From Acidimicrobiia bacterium (lineage in GTDB: Bacteria; Actinomycetota; Acidimicrobiia; Spongiisociales; UBA5794), in assembly GCA_030066755.1 (NCBI GenBank), contig JASJAX010000083.1:1-18641 (forward strand): 18,641 nt of DNA. The letters run 5' to 3'. Numbering within the stretch: position 1 is the first letter of the stretch; the number at the start of each line of letters is the position of its first letter. Of this stretch, positions 1 to 10,400 are shown piece after piece. Under the pieces are notes generated by a model. That model was not told the origin of the DNA. It did not search any database and was given only the letters and a program-made list of their open reading frames with translations. A program made the translations under genes and the position numbers.

Positions 1-5
1 CGGGG

Positions 6-248
6 ATGTCGGTCGAAGGCGCCGAAGTCACCGGGGTGTTCGGCCAGAACAAGGTGAAGACCTGCACGACGGGGGCCAACGGCAGGTGCACGGTTCGGGT
101 GCTCGTCAACGACACGAAGGTCAAGATCCCGTTCGCGGTGACCAACATCGCCGGACCGACGCCGGCTTACATCTACGACGCAGCCGCAAACCGAGACGGC
201 GACGGAGACAGCGACGGGACCACGATCATGGTGTTCGGTCCCACCTGA
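6..248 (+). CDS. C-terminal fragment of a hypothetical protein; the reading frame is open back to the window edge, so the 5' end is truncated
   Basis: ORF ends with TGA at 246-248 and has no in-frame stop between position 1 and 6. Ordinary amino-acid composition. No recognisable family motif. Confidence 0.3.
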   Translation: MSVEGAEVTGVFGQNKVKTCTTGANGRCTVRVLVNDTKVKIPFAVTNIAGPTPAYIYDAAANRDGDGDSDGTTIMVFGPT

Positions 249-276
249 GGTCGCACCGTCGATCAGAGACCGTTTT

Positions 277-304
277 TTGAGTGTCCGCTCAAAGTCCGTA
301 GTAT
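277..304 (+). promoter_or_regulatory. Putative sigma70-type promoter for etfBA (TTGAGT-N16-TAGTAT) with an overlapping palindrome TTTGAG-N6-CTCAAA (275..292)
   Basis: -35-like TTGAGT at 277-282, -10-like TAGTAT at 299-304, about 50 nt upstream of the etfB ATG. A GAGGAG Shine-Dalgarno sits 7 nt before the ATG at 353. A T6 run at 273-278 is conspicuous in GC-rich DNA. Confidence 0.3.
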
Positions 305-352
305 CGCGCCCACACGGCATGTGATCCGAACTACCGATGAGGAGTAACGCCG

Positions 353-1114
353 ATGAGAATCGCCGTCTGCGTCAAGCAGATCCCCGATCCGGCGACGCCC
401 TACGAGCTCGATCCCGATAGCCACTACGTCGTCCGACCCAACGATCAGGTGCTCGATGACACCGACCGTTACGGCGTCGAAGTCGCTCTCCAGCTCGCAG
501 AAGCCACCGAAGGCAGCGTCACCCTGGTATCGATGTCCCCGTCCGGCAACCTTCAAGGCATCCGTCAGGCACTCGCCATGGGCGCCGACAAGGCGGTCAT
601 CGTCGATGACGAATCGCTCAGAGGCAGCGACTCGCTCACGACGGCCAAGGTCCTCGCAGGGGCCATTCAACGTGAAGGTTTCGACCTCGTGATCGCCGGC
701 ACCGAGTCGACCGATGGCTACACCGGTGTCGTGCCGCAGCAGGTCGCCGAGCTGCTCGACGTACCGTCGCTCTCCTTCGCCAAGAAGGTGGAGCTCGCCG
801 AAGACGGCGCAGTGCGCATCGAACGCCAGACGGCCGCCGGCTACGACGTCGTCCAGTCGGCTGTTCCGGTGCTCGTCACCGTCACGTCGGGCGTGGTCGA
901 GCCACGGTATCCGACCTTCAAGGGCATCATGCAGGCGAAGTCGAAGCCCGTGGACACCCTCGGCTGCGGTGACGTCGGGGTTTCCCCGACCACCACACAG
1001 ACGATCCAGGCAGTCGAGCCTGTTCCAGCCCGCGAAGCCGGCGAGATCGTCGAGGACGACGGTGAGGGATACGCCAAGATCGTGGCGATGCTCGAACAAG
1101 TGAAGGTGATCTGA
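353..1114 (+). CDS. etfB: Electron transfer flavoprotein beta subunit (EtfB/FixA family)
   Basis: 253 aa. N-terminus MRIAVCVKQIPD and overall pattern typical of EtfB. GAGGAG RBS upstream. Stop TGA (1112-1114) is followed directly by the etfA ATG at 1115. Confidence 0.9.
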   Translation: MRIAVCVKQIPDPATPYELDPDSHYVVRPNDQVLDDTDRYGVEVALQLAEATEGSVTLVSMSPSGNLQGIRQALAMGADKAVIVDDESLRGSDSLTTAKVLAGAIQREGFDLVIAGTESTDGYTGVVPQQVAELLDVPSLSFAKKVELAEDGAVRIERQTAAGYDVVQSAVPVLVTVTSGVVEPRYPTFKGIMQAKSKPVDTLGCGDVGVSPTTTQTIQAVEPVPAREAGEIVEDDGEGYAKIVAMLEQVKVI

Positions 1115-2065
1115 ATGACGACGTGGGTCTTCTCTGAAGAAACGGATGGGGCGCCGTCGGCAGCATCGCTGGAGGCGGCCACCGCCGCCCGAGCCTGGGG
1201 TGAGGTTGCGGCGTTCTACGTCGGTACCGGCAACCCGGCGGCCTTCGCCGCCCTCGGCGATCACGGAGTCACGAAGGTGTACCACCTCGACCCCGGCGAC
1301 GCACTGCCTTCGGCGGCGGCCGCCGCCGCGATGGCCGACCTGGCCGCCAGCGACGCCCCGAGCGTGATCATGTTCTCGATGGGCAGCACCGACCGCGACG
1401 TCGCCGGGCGTCTCTCCGCCCGGATGGGCGCAACGGTGCTCTCCAACGCCGTTGCCCTCGAAGTCGATGGCGGGTCGGTCGTGGCGTACAACGAGATCCT
1501 CGGTGGCAGCACGAAGGTCGCCACCAAGGCCGAAAGCGGCCCCGTGATCGTCGTCACCCGCCCCAAGGCATTTCCTGCCGAACCCGCAGGCGGCGCAGAG
1601 CCGGCGGTCGTCGCAATCGCCATGCCTGAGACGGGCCACGCTGGGAGCGCGCAGGTGCTCTCGCGCCACGTCGAGGCGAGCGAAGGACCCGACCTCGAGG
1701 AAGCCGACGTGATCATCTCTGGAGGCCGCGGCCTCGGCAACGCCGATGGCTTCGCCATGATGGACGAACTCGCCAAGCTCCTCGGAGGTGCCGTCGGCGC
1801 CACCCGCGCGGTCGTCGACTCCGGTTGGGTGCCCTACTCGTACCAGATCGGGCAGACCGGCAAGACCGTCAAGCCGAGCGTCTACGTGGCGTGCGGAATC
1901 TCAGGCGCCATGCAGCACCTCGTCGGGATGAAGGACGCAACAACCATCATTGCGATCAACAAGGATCCGGAAGCGCCGATCTTCGACGTGTCGGACCTCG
2001 GAATCGTCGGCGATGTGAACAAGGTGGTGCCCGCACTCGTGGAGGCGTTGAAGGCGAGGAGCTAA
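1115..2065 (+). CDS. etfA: Electron transfer flavoprotein alpha subunit (EtfA/FixB family)
   Basis: 316 aa. C-terminal FAD-binding region GISGAMQHLVGM...IIAINKDPEAPIF is the EtfA signature. Canonical etfB-etfA order with no intergenic gap. Confidence 0.9.
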   Translation: MTTWVFSEETDGAPSAASLEAATAARAWGEVAAFYVGTGNPAAFAALGDHGVTKVYHLDPGDALPSAAAAAAMADLAASDAPSVIMFSMGSTDRDVAGRLSARMGATVLSNAVALEVDGGSVVAYNEILGGSTKVATKAESGPVIVVTRPKAFPAEPAGGAEPAVVAIAMPETGHAGSAQVLSRHVEASEGPDLEEADVIISGGRGLGNADGFAMMDELAKLLGGAVGATRAVVDSGWVPYSYQIGQTGKTVKPSVYVACGISGAMQHLVGMKDATTIIAINKDPEAPIFDVSDLGIVGDVNKVVPALVEALKARS

Positions 2066-2078
2066 CGCTCCTCGCACC

Positions 2079-2099
2079 CGTCAGTCGTCAGTCGTCAGT
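2079..2099. repeat. Tandem heptamer repeat (CGTCAGT)x3
   Basis: Read directly: cgtcagt cgtcagt cgtcagt, followed by ag, lying between the etfA stop and the terminator hairpin. Confidence 0.6.
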
Positions 2100-2100
2100 A

Positions 2101-2132
2101 GGGCCCGGAGGGACGAACATCCCTTCGGGCCC
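2101..2132. terminator. Bidirectional hairpin between convergent etfA (+) and the lipoprotein gene (-)
   Basis: gggcccggaggg / acgaacat / cccttcgggccc forms a 12-bp stem (one G-U wobble) with an 8-nt loop. It sits exactly between the stop codons at 2065 and 2142. Confidence 0.5.
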
Positions 2133-2141
2133 CTTGCTGGT

Positions 2142-2582
2142 TCAGGGGTCGATGCGGATTTCGCTCTTGGCGTTGAACATCGCGATCTCGTTGGTGGGGC
2201 CGATACAGCGCTGGGCGGCCTCGGCAACAGCCGGCCCGGCGAGGTCGACGACACCTTCGAAGTCGTACCAGCCACCGCTGCCGACCACCTCGGTGCCGTC
2301 GGTGATGGTGTTCCCGCCGAGCTCCACGCCCGGCGCATCGGACTCCCACCGGGCGCCAGCCGGCCACACCACCGGGTAGCGGATGCCGTCGAGTTCGAGC
2401 CGGACGCACCCCTCGTCCACGTCGATCACCACCGTGCCGAGTACCTCTGCATCATCGCCGCCTGGCGCGATCAAGGACGACGCACGGGCCAGCACCGGGC
2501 CATCCACCGTCCCATCGCCCCCGCACGATGCGAGGGCGAAGGCGATGGCGGCTGCGATCCATGGAACGCGCCGGCGCCTCAC
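2142..2582 (-). CDS. Predicted secreted lipoprotein of unknown function; last gene of the NfeD-flotillin operon
   Basis: 146 aa. N-terminus MRRRRVPWIAAAIAFALASCGG contains a signal peptide with lipobox LASC. The GTG start overlaps the flotillin stop as GTGA at 2579-2582, indicating translational coupling. Confidence 0.6.
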   Translation of the reverse strand: MRRRRVPWIAAAIAFALASCGGDGTVDGPVLARASSLIAPGGDDAEVLGTVVIDVDEGCVRLELDGIRYPVVWPAGARWESDAPGVELGGNTITDGTEVVGSGGWYDFEGVVDLAGPAVAEAAQRCIGPTNEIAMFNAKSEIRIDP

Positions 2583-3877
2583 TCCTCGGACGCGGCCTCC
2601 GCTTCGAGAACCTCACCGCCGGAGCCCCGGGCGCCGAGCCCACTCAGGATGTTCACGCCGGTTGCGTTCTCGATCTGCTCGGTGAGCGAGATGACCGATG
2701 CCGGGAGCTGACCGAGCAGACCAGGAATCGAGTTGCTTCCCGACGCTCCTCCCCCGTCGATGACCGAGACCTTGTCGATGCTGACACCGCTCACGGTGCC
2801 GACGATCTTGTCAACGAGCTCCGGGAGCATGTTGAGCACGAAGATCTGCTGCGCCTCCTCGCCGGCACCCTGATACTGCTCGACCAGGCGGCGGAAGACC
2901 TCGATTTGGGCGTTGCCGTCCTCGATGATCGACGCGGCGGCACCGCGAGCCTCGAGCTCCATCGCCTCCTTCTTGGCCTGGGCGGGGGCGATGACGTCGG
3001 CCTCGAGCCGACGATGCTGCAGCTCGATACGGGCTTGCTCGAGCTCCTGCTCGGCCACGACACGCGCCCGATCGGCTTCGACCTTCGCCTCCTCCTCTTT
3101 GGCGGCCGCCACTCGTTCCAGCTCGGCGTTGCGGACGCGCAGAGCGTTCTGCTTCTCGACGATCTCCAGCTCGGCTTCGACCCTGGCGACCTCGGCACGG
3201 CGCCGGGCATCGGCCTCCTGCTCCTCAGCCTCGGTTTGGCGAAGTGCTTCAGCGACTCGCGCCTCTTTCAGCACGAGGGCCGTCTGCCGGCGACCGACCG
3301 AATCGAGGTAGCCGACCTCGTCGGTGACATTCTGGATTTTCAACACGTCGAGCTCGAGACCCAGCGTGCGGATGTCATCGTCGGCTTCGTCGATGAGCGT
3401 CTGAGCGAATTTCAGGCGATCCTCGTTGACTTCCTCGGGGGTGAGCGTCGCCAAGACGCCACGGAGGTTCGCTTCGAGCGTCTCCTTGGCGAGCTGCGGG
3501 ATGTACTGGGGCGGGCGACCGAGGAATCGCTCGACCGAGTTCTCGAGCAGCCCTTCCTTCGAGGAGATCTTCACGTTGGCGATGCCTTGCACGTTCAACG
3601 GGATGGCTCCCTTGGAATACGCGTTCTGGACCGCAACTTCGATGGCGATCGTGTTGAGATCCATGAACTGGACCTTCTCGATGATGGGCCACCGCAGCGT
3701 GCGGCCGCCGCGCAGGACGCGATAGCCGATGGTGCCGCCGCCGGGAAGCTCCCGGGTCCGGCCGGTGATGACCGCAATCTGGTTCGGCGGACAGATCACG
3801 ATGAATGACTTCACTGCAACGCCGACCACCAGTACGGCGCCGACGATGAGAGCAGCTACGACGATGAGGATCTCCAA
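2579..3877 (-). CDS. Flotillin-like SPFH/Band 7 domain membrane protein
   Basis: 432 aa. N-terminal TM helix, SPFH core (NTIAIEVAVQNAYSKGAIPLNVQGIANVKI...) and a long Glu/Ala/Arg-rich coiled coil typical of bacterial flotillins. TTG start preceded by GGAGG 7 nt upstream. The ORF opens in frame immediately after the NfeD stop. Confidence 0.85.
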   Translation of the reverse strand: MEILIVVAALIVGAVLVVGVAVKSFIVICPPNQIAVITGRTRELPGGGTIGYRVLRGGRTLRWPIIEKVQFMDLNTIAIEVAVQNAYSKGAIPLNVQGIANVKISSKEGLLENSVERFLGRPPQYIPQLAKETLEANLRGVLATLTPEEVNEDRLKFAQTLIDEADDDIRTLGLELDVLKIQNVTDEVGYLDSVGRRQTALVLKEARVAEALRQTEAEEQEADARRRAEVARVEAELEIVEKQNALRVRNAELERVAAAKEEEAKVEADRARVVAEQELEQARIELQHRRLEADVIAPAQAKKEAMELEARGAAASIIEDGNAQIEVFRRLVEQYQGAGEEAQQIFVLNMLPELVDKIVGTVSGVSIDKVSVIDGGGASGSNSIPGLLGQLPASVISLTEQIENATGVNILSGLGARGSGGEVLEAEAASEE

Positions 3878-3916
3878 GGCAGTGCCTCCTGTGTAGGTGT
3901 ATTGATCTTGAAGCTT

Positions 3917-4501
3917 CTAGCCGACGTCGAGATTGGCGATCTTTGCGGTGCCTTTGTCGATCTCGACGATGACCACGCTGTCACCGACGTCGAACACGGC
4001 GTCCTCGTGCTCGACGTACGGCGCCGCAGTGAACACGAGCCGTTGGCCGCGGACGTCGACGGTGACCCGACCCCGATGTCCGGGGCGGATGGGAATGGTG
4101 ACGGTTGCCGGGCTGCCCTCAATGTGACGGTCGCGGATGCTGCTGTCCGAGCTGCTGCGGCTGAGATATCGCAAGAGCATCCCGTTCAACCAGAACGCAA
4201 AGAACCCGATACCGGCGGCGAGAACGATCGTGAGCACGGTTCCGGCATCGACCCACGTCAGGAGCAATCCCGCCAGGCCGAAGAACGCGGCGAAGAACGC
4301 CAGCGCCCGGAATGAGAGAAACGACAGGATCGCGTCGAGCGGTCCTGCGTCGGCAACGTCGATATCGATGTCGGGATCGAGATCCAACCCGGTTTCGACG
4401 TCGAAATCGGCGTCGAAGTCGCCACCGGAGAAGAGGAAGAAGAGGACGAACGGCCAACCGATCAGTGTGGCCAACCAGTACACCGTGAGCACGAGGTCCA
4501 C
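3917..4501 (-). CDS. NfeD-family membrane protein (short YuaF-like form), the usual flotillin partner
   Basis: 194 aa. N-terminal hydrophobic helices, an acidic linker (DFDADFDVETGLDLDPDIDIDV), and a C-terminal OB-fold-like segment (GHRGRVTVDVRGQRLVFTAAPYV...GDSVVIVEIDKGTAKI). Located directly upstream of the flotillin gene as in yuaF-yuaG operons. Confidence 0.8.
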   Translation of the reverse strand: MDLVLTVYWLATLIGWPFVLFFLFSGGDFDADFDVETGLDLDPDIDIDVADAGPLDAILSFLSFRALAFFAAFFGLAGLLLTWVDAGTVLTIVLAAGIGFFAFWLNGMLLRYLSRSSSDSSIRDRHIEGSPATVTIPIRPGHRGRVTVDVRGQRLVFTAAPYVEHEDAVFDVGDSVVIVEIDKGTAKIANLDVG

Positions 4502-4584
4502 CCTTTCTGCGATGCCGGGCGAGCGGCGCCGGCAAGGATCAGTGTACCGGGCAACGTGGAGTCAACACGGGGCCGAACGACACA

Positions 4585-4606
4585 GACCGGCGCTGATGCG
4601 CCGGTC
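4585..4606 (-). terminator. Candidate hairpin: 9-bp perfect stem gaccggcgc/gcgccggtc with 4-nt loop
   Basis: Perfect inverted repeat in the 158-nt gap between the small membrane ORF (stop 4660) and the NfeD start (4501). The weak T-containing tract after it on the minus strand makes a canonical intrinsic terminator uncertain. Confidence 0.3.
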
Positions 4607-4659
4607 TGCGGAGGAGAAGGAGGAGCAACGAGCCGCCGTTCGGCGCAGCCCGGGCCTCG

Positions 4660-4962
4660 CTATGTCGGTAGATGGTGTCCGGCCAGACGACGGATGGTCT
4701 CCATCCGGTCGCGCACCGGTTTGCGGGGAGCGGGAAGCGGCTCCGGCATCATGCCGGCGACGGTCCACGCTACGAACCCAGTCAGTGCCCCCACCAAGGA
4801 CAGGACCGGGGTTCCCATCACCAGACCGACCAGCGCAGCGCCGAGTGACGCTATGACGAGCATCCACCCGATGCTCAGCATCAGTGTCCGAGCCAGAGGG
4901 CTCATCCAACCGTCGTCGAGCGTTCGACCTCGCTGGTCTCCCATAGTGCGTCGTATCGGCAC
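4660..4962 (-). CDS. Small hypothetical membrane protein with 2 predicted TM helices
   Basis: 100 aa. Two hydrophobic stretches (LMLSIGWMLVIASLGAALVGLVMG; VLSLVGALTGFVAWTVAGMM). Co-oriented between rarD and nfeD. The other ORFs over this span are R/S/T/P-rich junk. Confidence 0.4.
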   Translation of the reverse strand: MPIRRTMGDQRGRTLDDGWMSPLARTLMLSIGWMLVIASLGAALVGLVMGTPVLSLVGALTGFVAWTVAGMMPEPLPAPRKPVRDRMETIRRLAGHHLPT

Positions 4963-4995
4963 GCCGTTGTCGACCTTGAGGCTTGACCCGACGGT

Positions 4996-5943
4996 TCACG
5001 ACGTAGCGGTGGCAACCGAGACCTCACGCCGCCGACGCAACAGGCTCTCTGCTGAGAGCACGACGAGCCCGAGCCAAACGAGCACGAAACCGACGAGCCG
5101 ATCGGACCCAACGACCTCGCCGTAGACGAAGACCCCGAGGATGAACTGGAGGCTCGGAGCGAGGTACTGCAGCAGGCCGATCATGGAGAGCGGGATCCGC
5201 TTGGCGGCTTCGCCGAAGGCGAGCAGCGGGACGACGGTGATGAGCCCGGCCCCGACCAGCAGCGTTGTCGTCCCGAACGTGCCCCCGAGCTGTCCATCAC
5301 CGGCCGCCAGCCCCACGCCGACCCACACCAGAGCCGGAACGAACAGCGAGGAGATCTCGACGAGGAGACCCTCGAGCGCCGGAGCGGCCTTCGGGTGCTT
5401 CTTCAACAGCCCGTAGATCGCAAACGACGTGGCGAGAACCAGCGAGATCCAGGGAGCGGTGCCCATACGCACGGTCATGTAGAGCACACCGATCGCCGCC
5501 AGGCCAACGGCAATCGTCTGACCACGGCTCAGTCGCTCACGCAGCACCACGACGCCCAGCGCCACCGAGAGCAGTGGATTGATGAAATACCCGAGACTGG
5601 CCTCGACCACGTGTCCGGTACTGACTCCCCAGATGAAGATGCCCCAGTTGAGTGCGAGCACGACGGCGGCACCGATGGCGATGACCACCGTTGCGGGCGA
5701 CGTGATTTGGGCCACGAGAAGCGGCCAGCGGTTACGAGCGAGGACAACCACGGCGAGCAGCGGGACCGACCACGTGACCCGGTTGGCGAGCACCTCCATC
5801 ACGGGCACGTGGTCGAGCAGGTTCCAGTAGATCGGCGACAGGCCCCAGAGGCCGTATGCCGCCACGCCGAGCCAGAAGCCTCGACGGTCGACAGATCCGC
5901 CGGTCACCGGCGCTCCTGCCGGCGCGGCGATCGGCCGAGGCAC
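4996..5943 (-). CDS. rarD: RarD/EamA-family (DMT superfamily) transporter
   Basis: Polytopic membrane protein. [18 protein letters not shown] matches the RarD N-terminal signature (E. coli ...AAYFIWGIAPAYFKLI). The ORF-track start at 5991 overlaps the cdd 3' end by 38 nt, so the start is moved to in-frame GTG 5943; GTG 5907 is also possible. Confidence 0.75.
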   Translation of the reverse strand: MPRPIAAPAGAPVTGGSVDRRGFWLGVAAYGLWGLSPIYWNLLDHVPVMEVLANRVTWSVPLLAVVVLARNRWPLLVAQITSPATVVIAIGAAVVLALNWGIFIWGVSTGHVVEASLGYFINPLLSVALGVVVLRERLSRGQTIAVGLAAIGVLYMTVRMGTAPWISLVLATSFAIYGLLKKHPKAAPALEGLLVEISSLFVPALVWVGVGLAAGDGQLGGTFGTTTLLVGAGLITVVPLLAFGEAAKRIPLSMIGLLQYLAPSLQFILGVFVYGEVVGSDRLVGFVLVWLGLVVLSAESLLRRRREVSVATATS

Positions 5944-5953
5944 GAGTCCTGGT

Positions 5954-6361
5954 TCACCCTCCGCCGGACAGCTGGTCCGGACCGAACGCATGCGGCAGCA
6001 GTTCGGTCAGCGTGTGCACTCGGTACGAGCCGTTCGGCTCCTGCACGATGACCCGCTCGACATTGAACTCCCGCATGACCTGGCGACAGTTCCCGCACGG
6101 GTAACACTCGCCGGTATCGAGGCATGCCACGGCCACGGCATCGATCTTGCGGACCCCGGCCGCTGCAGCCGTGGAGATTGCGTTCGCCTCTGCGCAGATG
6201 GTGGCGCCGTACGCGCTGTTCTCGACGTTGGCACCGGTGAACACCCGGCCATCATCGGCAACCGCCACTGCACCCACATGGAAGTCCGAGTACGGAGCGT
6301 ACGCCGTGCCCGCCGCCTCACGTGCCTGATCGAGCAGCACCTCGTGCAAGGGTTCGGTCAT
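5954..6361 (-). CDS. cdd: Cytidine deaminase
   Basis: 135 aa. Zinc-binding motifs CAE (..TICAEANAI..) and PCGNCRQ are diagnostic of the homotetrameric cytidine deaminase family. Its ATG overlaps the ftsY stop as ATGA at 6358-6361. Confidence 0.9.
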   Translation of the reverse strand: MTEPLHEVLLDQAREAAGTAYAPYSDFHVGAVAVADDGRVFTGANVENSAYGATICAEANAISTAAAAGVRKIDAVAVACLDTGECYPCGNCRQVMREFNVERVIVQEPNGSYRVHTLTELLPHAFGPDQLSGGG

Positions 6362-7380
6362 GCGCCGAGCAATGCGTCGACGAACGATTCCGGCTCGAAC
6401 GGGATGAGGTCATCGACCCCCTCGCCGACCCCGATGAACTTCACCGGCACATCCAACTCTCGCTCGACGGCGAGGGCCACACCGCCGCGAGCCGTGCCGT
6501 CGAGCTTGGTGATGATGATGCCGGTGACACCGACTGCATCCGTGAAGCTCTTGGCCTGCGAGATGGCGTTCTGACCCGTCGTTCCGTCGATCACGAGCAA
6601 CACCTCGTCGATCGAGCCGGCTTCGCGTCGGAGAACCCGGGCGACCTTGCTCAACTCGTCCATCAGGTTGGCCTTGTTCTGCAACCGGCCGGCGGTGTCG
6701 ACGATCACCGTCGCCGCTCCCTTCGCTTTCGCTGCAGCGTAGGCGTCGAACGCCACCGACGCCGGGTCGGCGCCTTGTTGACCGGCGACGACATCGACGC
6801 CTACCCGGTCCGCCCAGGTGCGCAGCTGCGTGTCGGCTGCCGCCCGGAACGTGTCCGCTGCCCCGAGGACCACCGCGCCACCACTGCGTTCGAGCTGCGC
6901 CGCCAGCTTGGCGATCGACGTGGTCTTGCCGCCGCCATTGACGCCGACCACGAGGACCACCGAAGGCACCCCCGAGAGTTGGAGTGAGCGATCCCGTCCT
7001 CCGAGTTGGTCGACGAGTTCGGCGGTCAAGGCGGCCCTTGCCCCCGGACCGTCGGACGGGTTGCGACCACGAACCGCGGCGACGACATCGCTCGCAACGC
7101 CGACGCCCACGTCGGCAGCAACCAGTGTGTCCTCCACGTCCGACCAGAACTCTCCATCGAGGTGGTCGGCCCGGAGCACAGCGCCCAGGCGGTCGGAGAT
7201 CGCCCGACGCGTCTTCCCCAGCCGGCTGCGGAGGCCGGGAGGGGCCGCTTCCTCAACACGTGGTGGCGCCGAGACGGCGGGGCGGTCGAGTGTTGGCGGC
7301 GTCGCGCGTCGGCGCACCACGATCAGTCCGCCGACGATGACGACGGCGAGCACGATGACAACGATCAGGATCGGATCCAT
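6358..7380 (-). CDS. ftsY: Signal recognition particle receptor FtsY
   Basis: 340 aa. N-terminal membrane anchor, SRP-GTPase NG domain with P-loop [20 protein letters not shown], and [10 protein letters not shown] motifs. Confidence 0.92.
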   Translation of the reverse strand: MDPILIVVIVLAVVIVGGLIVVRRRATPPTLDRPAVSAPPRVEEAAPPGLRSRLGKTRRAISDRLGAVLRADHLDGEFWSDVEDTLVAADVGVGVASDVVAAVRGRNPSDGPGARAALTAELVDQLGGRDRSLQLSGVPSVVLVVGVNGGGKTTSIAKLAAQLERSGGAVVLGAADTFRAAADTQLRTWADRVGVDVVAGQQGADPASVAFDAYAAAKAKGAATVIVDTAGRLQNKANLMDELSKVARVLRREAGSIDEVLLVIDGTTGQNAISQAKSFTDAVGVTGIIITKLDGTARGGVALAVERELDVPVKFIGVGEGVDDLIPFEPESFVDALLGA

Positions 7381-7411
7381 GTGGCTCCTTGGAGCTGGGT
7401 GATGACCGGGT

Positions 7412-10400
7412 TCAGCCGACCTTCACCGAGTCGAGCCGTTTGGCCACGACCAGTGACGACTCACCGGGTTCCATGGTGACGCCGTACAGGATATCGGCCG
7501 CCTCCATGGTCTGTTGTTGATGGGTGATGATGACGAGCTGCGCCGATTCGCGCAACATATCGACGAGTCGGAGGAACCGCCGTAGGTTCGCATCGTCCAG
7601 AGCGGCCTCGACCTCGTCCAATACGTAGAAGGGACTGGGCCGAGCGCGGAACACCGCAAATAGGAAGGCCAGCGCTGCCAGCGAACGCTCTCCGCCGGAC
7701 AACAGGCTGAGTCGGCCAACCTTCTTGCCCATCGGTTGCGCTTCGATCTCGACTCCCGTGGTGAGTGGGCTCTGGGGATCGGTGAGCCGCAGCCTTCCCT
7801 TCCCACCCGGGAACACCTCAGCGAAGTTCTCCTCGAAGAAGCGTGCGATGTCGTCGAACGCACCGTGGAACAGCGTCGCCATTTCGTCGTCGAGCGCTCC
7901 GATGACCTTGCGAAGCTCCGCACGGGCTTCCTCGAGATCGGCGAGCTGCGTTTCGAGGTGTTCGACCTCAGCTGCGAGCTCCTCGTACTCAGCGGCGGCC
8001 AGCGGATTGATCGGGCCCATCCGGCGCAGTTGCGCCTCCCGCGATGCCAACACTTCGGCTGCGTCCGCGTCGTCATCCAGGTCCGGCCGCGGCGCCGTCA
8101 GCGCCGTTTCCTCAGTCGCGTCGGCGTCGCGTCGGAGACCCTCGGCGACCGACTCGTCGCGAACCCGTAGCTCGGCGAGCTCGACGGCGAGGGCGGACAT
8201 CCGCTCCCGCGCTCGCACGAGTGACTGCTCGAGTGCTCGTTGGCGCCGATGTGCTTCGTCCAGCTTGCTGCCGGCGATCCCAGCCGCCGACCGCAGCTCA
8301 CGCTGGCGTTCCCGCAGTGTCTCGATGTGAACACGAACGGTCTGCTGTGCCGAACGAGCCGTGTCCTCGATCGTGCTCAACTGCTCGATGGCTGCAGGGT
8401 CGACCGGTTGTTCGTCCAGACCATGGAGCTCGGTTCGAGCGGCGGCCAGCCGTCCTTCGAGGAGTCGCAAACGTTCGGCGGCGCTGGCAAGCACGCCGGC
8501 TGCTTCCTCGCGGAGCCGTCGCGCCTCGTCTCGGCGCTGGGCGACCGCGTCGCGGCGCCGGTTGAGTGCATCCCAGGCCTCTTGACGCGCTCGCTCTTCG
8601 CCTTCGAACTCGGCCACCCGAAGACGCAACTCGGCGATCCGCTCATCACGGGCTGCGGCGGCTTCGATCAGCGAGTGATCTCGCTCATCGAGTCGATCGA
8701 GCTCCGCCCGACCTTCGGCCTGGGCGCGTTCGACGAGGGCAACGGCCTCCGTGAAGCCGGCGAGACGGGCTTCGATCGTCTCGAGCTCCTCGAGCGCGAG
8801 ACGTTCTCGTTCACGTGCCCGATCGAACTCGCGGCGGACCGTGGTGTGAGCGGCTTCGGCACGATCGACGTTTCGCTCGGCCGTCTCCAACGCGACTCCG
8901 GCTGCCTCCATGGCGGCGGGGCCCGCGCCGTCGGGTTCGGCGAGCCGGATGCCTGTCGTCGTGATGACGTCGCCTTCCGGGGTGACGGCACGCAGCCCTG
9001 CGTAACGGTGCACCAGCGTCCAGCCCGAGACCCAGCCCTCGACGAACACCACATCACCGAGCGTGTGCAGCGCCAATCCCCGATCGGCTGCGGGTCCCAA
9101 CCGATCGACGAGCGCCTCCACCCCGTGATCCGTGGCGACCCGCCGTGCCAGATCGGCATCGGATTCGTCGCCGCGTCCAGCGGCCAGCACACTGACGCCG
9201 CCAAACCCATCAGCCTTCAACTGGTGCGCCAGATCGGCGACGGCATCGCCGTTTGCGGCGACGTAGGCATCTCGCCAGCTGCCCAGGACACCGTCGACGG
9301 CTGCGGCCAGTGGTTCGGGGACGTCGAGGTGGGATACGAGCTTGCCGATCACCGCATCGTGCGCGGCTACCCGTTCCTGGGCCGCCGGATCGCCGAGTCC
9401 GGCGAGGGCCGCTTCGACCGCTTCGGCACGACCACGCGCCTTGGCCAGGTCGATCTGGGCGTTCTGCAACTCGGATTCGACCACTTCCAGCTGTTCCTGT
9501 GCGGCTTCCCGGCTGGCAGAATCGGCCTCGTACCGAGCCTGGACGGGACCAACCTCACTGTCGGTCGAACGAATCCGATCGTGGAGTTCTGCGGATTCTG
9601 CGCCCTCTCGTTCGATACGATCCACCACTGCCTCGCGGCGCCGGGAGAGCGCTTCACGTTCTCGGCGATCTCGCTCGGCGGCGGTTTCGAGCGCACGGAG
9701 GTCGCCGCGCAGATTGGCGATGACACCCTCTGCGGGCAGGGCGATCTGCTCGGCGAGCGAACGCTCCTCGTCCTCGAGTGCCTGCAGCGTCACTTCGCGC
9801 CGCTCGGCCAGGAGGCGCGCCGCTTGCTCGTCCTGGCTGGACTGGGCGATCTCACCCTCGAGGTGGGCAACTTCAGTGCTGAGGTCACGTTTGCGCTCGT
9901 CTGCACCGAGCAGCCGGCCCTCCATCGCCTGGCGCCGTTCCCGCGCGACCATGGCAATACGGTGGTATCGCTCGCTGACGGTCTCGAGCCGGGCGGCTGC
10001 TGCCGTATCCCGTTGCAGCGATGCACCAACCTCGCCGGCCGATGCTTCGAGAGCCGCCAAGTCCGCCCGGATGCGCTCGAGCTCGCCCTGCTCGCCGTCG
10101 GCCTGATGCTCCAACTCGGCCCGCTCCGCCGTCGCCGCAGCCGTCCGAGAGCGAATCTTGCGGAGCTGCTCGCCGCCGAGCCACAGATGGAGCGCCTTCA
10201 CTTCGGCCTTCACCGAGTCGTAGCGCAACGCTGCATTGGCCTGCCGCTTCAGCGGACGAAGACGCCGGCGTTGCTGATCGAGGATGTCGGTCAAGCGAGC
10301 AACGTCCAGCTCAGTCTGCTCGAGTCGCCGCACCGAGCGGTCACGACGGCCCCGGTGCTTGGTGATGCCGGCGGCCTCTTCGATGACCGCACGGTGCTCA

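Noticed and set aside
263-1669. 468-aa minus-strand ORF
   Set aside because: Antisense to etfB and etfA, whose identities are unambiguous. Arg/Gly-rich junk composition.
2528-3808. 426-aa plus-strand ORF
   Set aside because: Antisense to the flotillin gene, which has clear SPFH and coiled-coil features and a strong RBS. It is Leu/Asp/Gly/Arg-rich with no motifs.
4137-5125. Overlapping ORFs 4137..4856 (+), 4556..5125 (+) and 4562..4999 (-)
   Set aside because: All are Arg/Ser/Thr/Pro-rich, low-complexity, and antisense or out of frame to the supported genes (NfeD, the 100-aa TM protein, rarD). Only the 100-aa two-helix ORF was kept.
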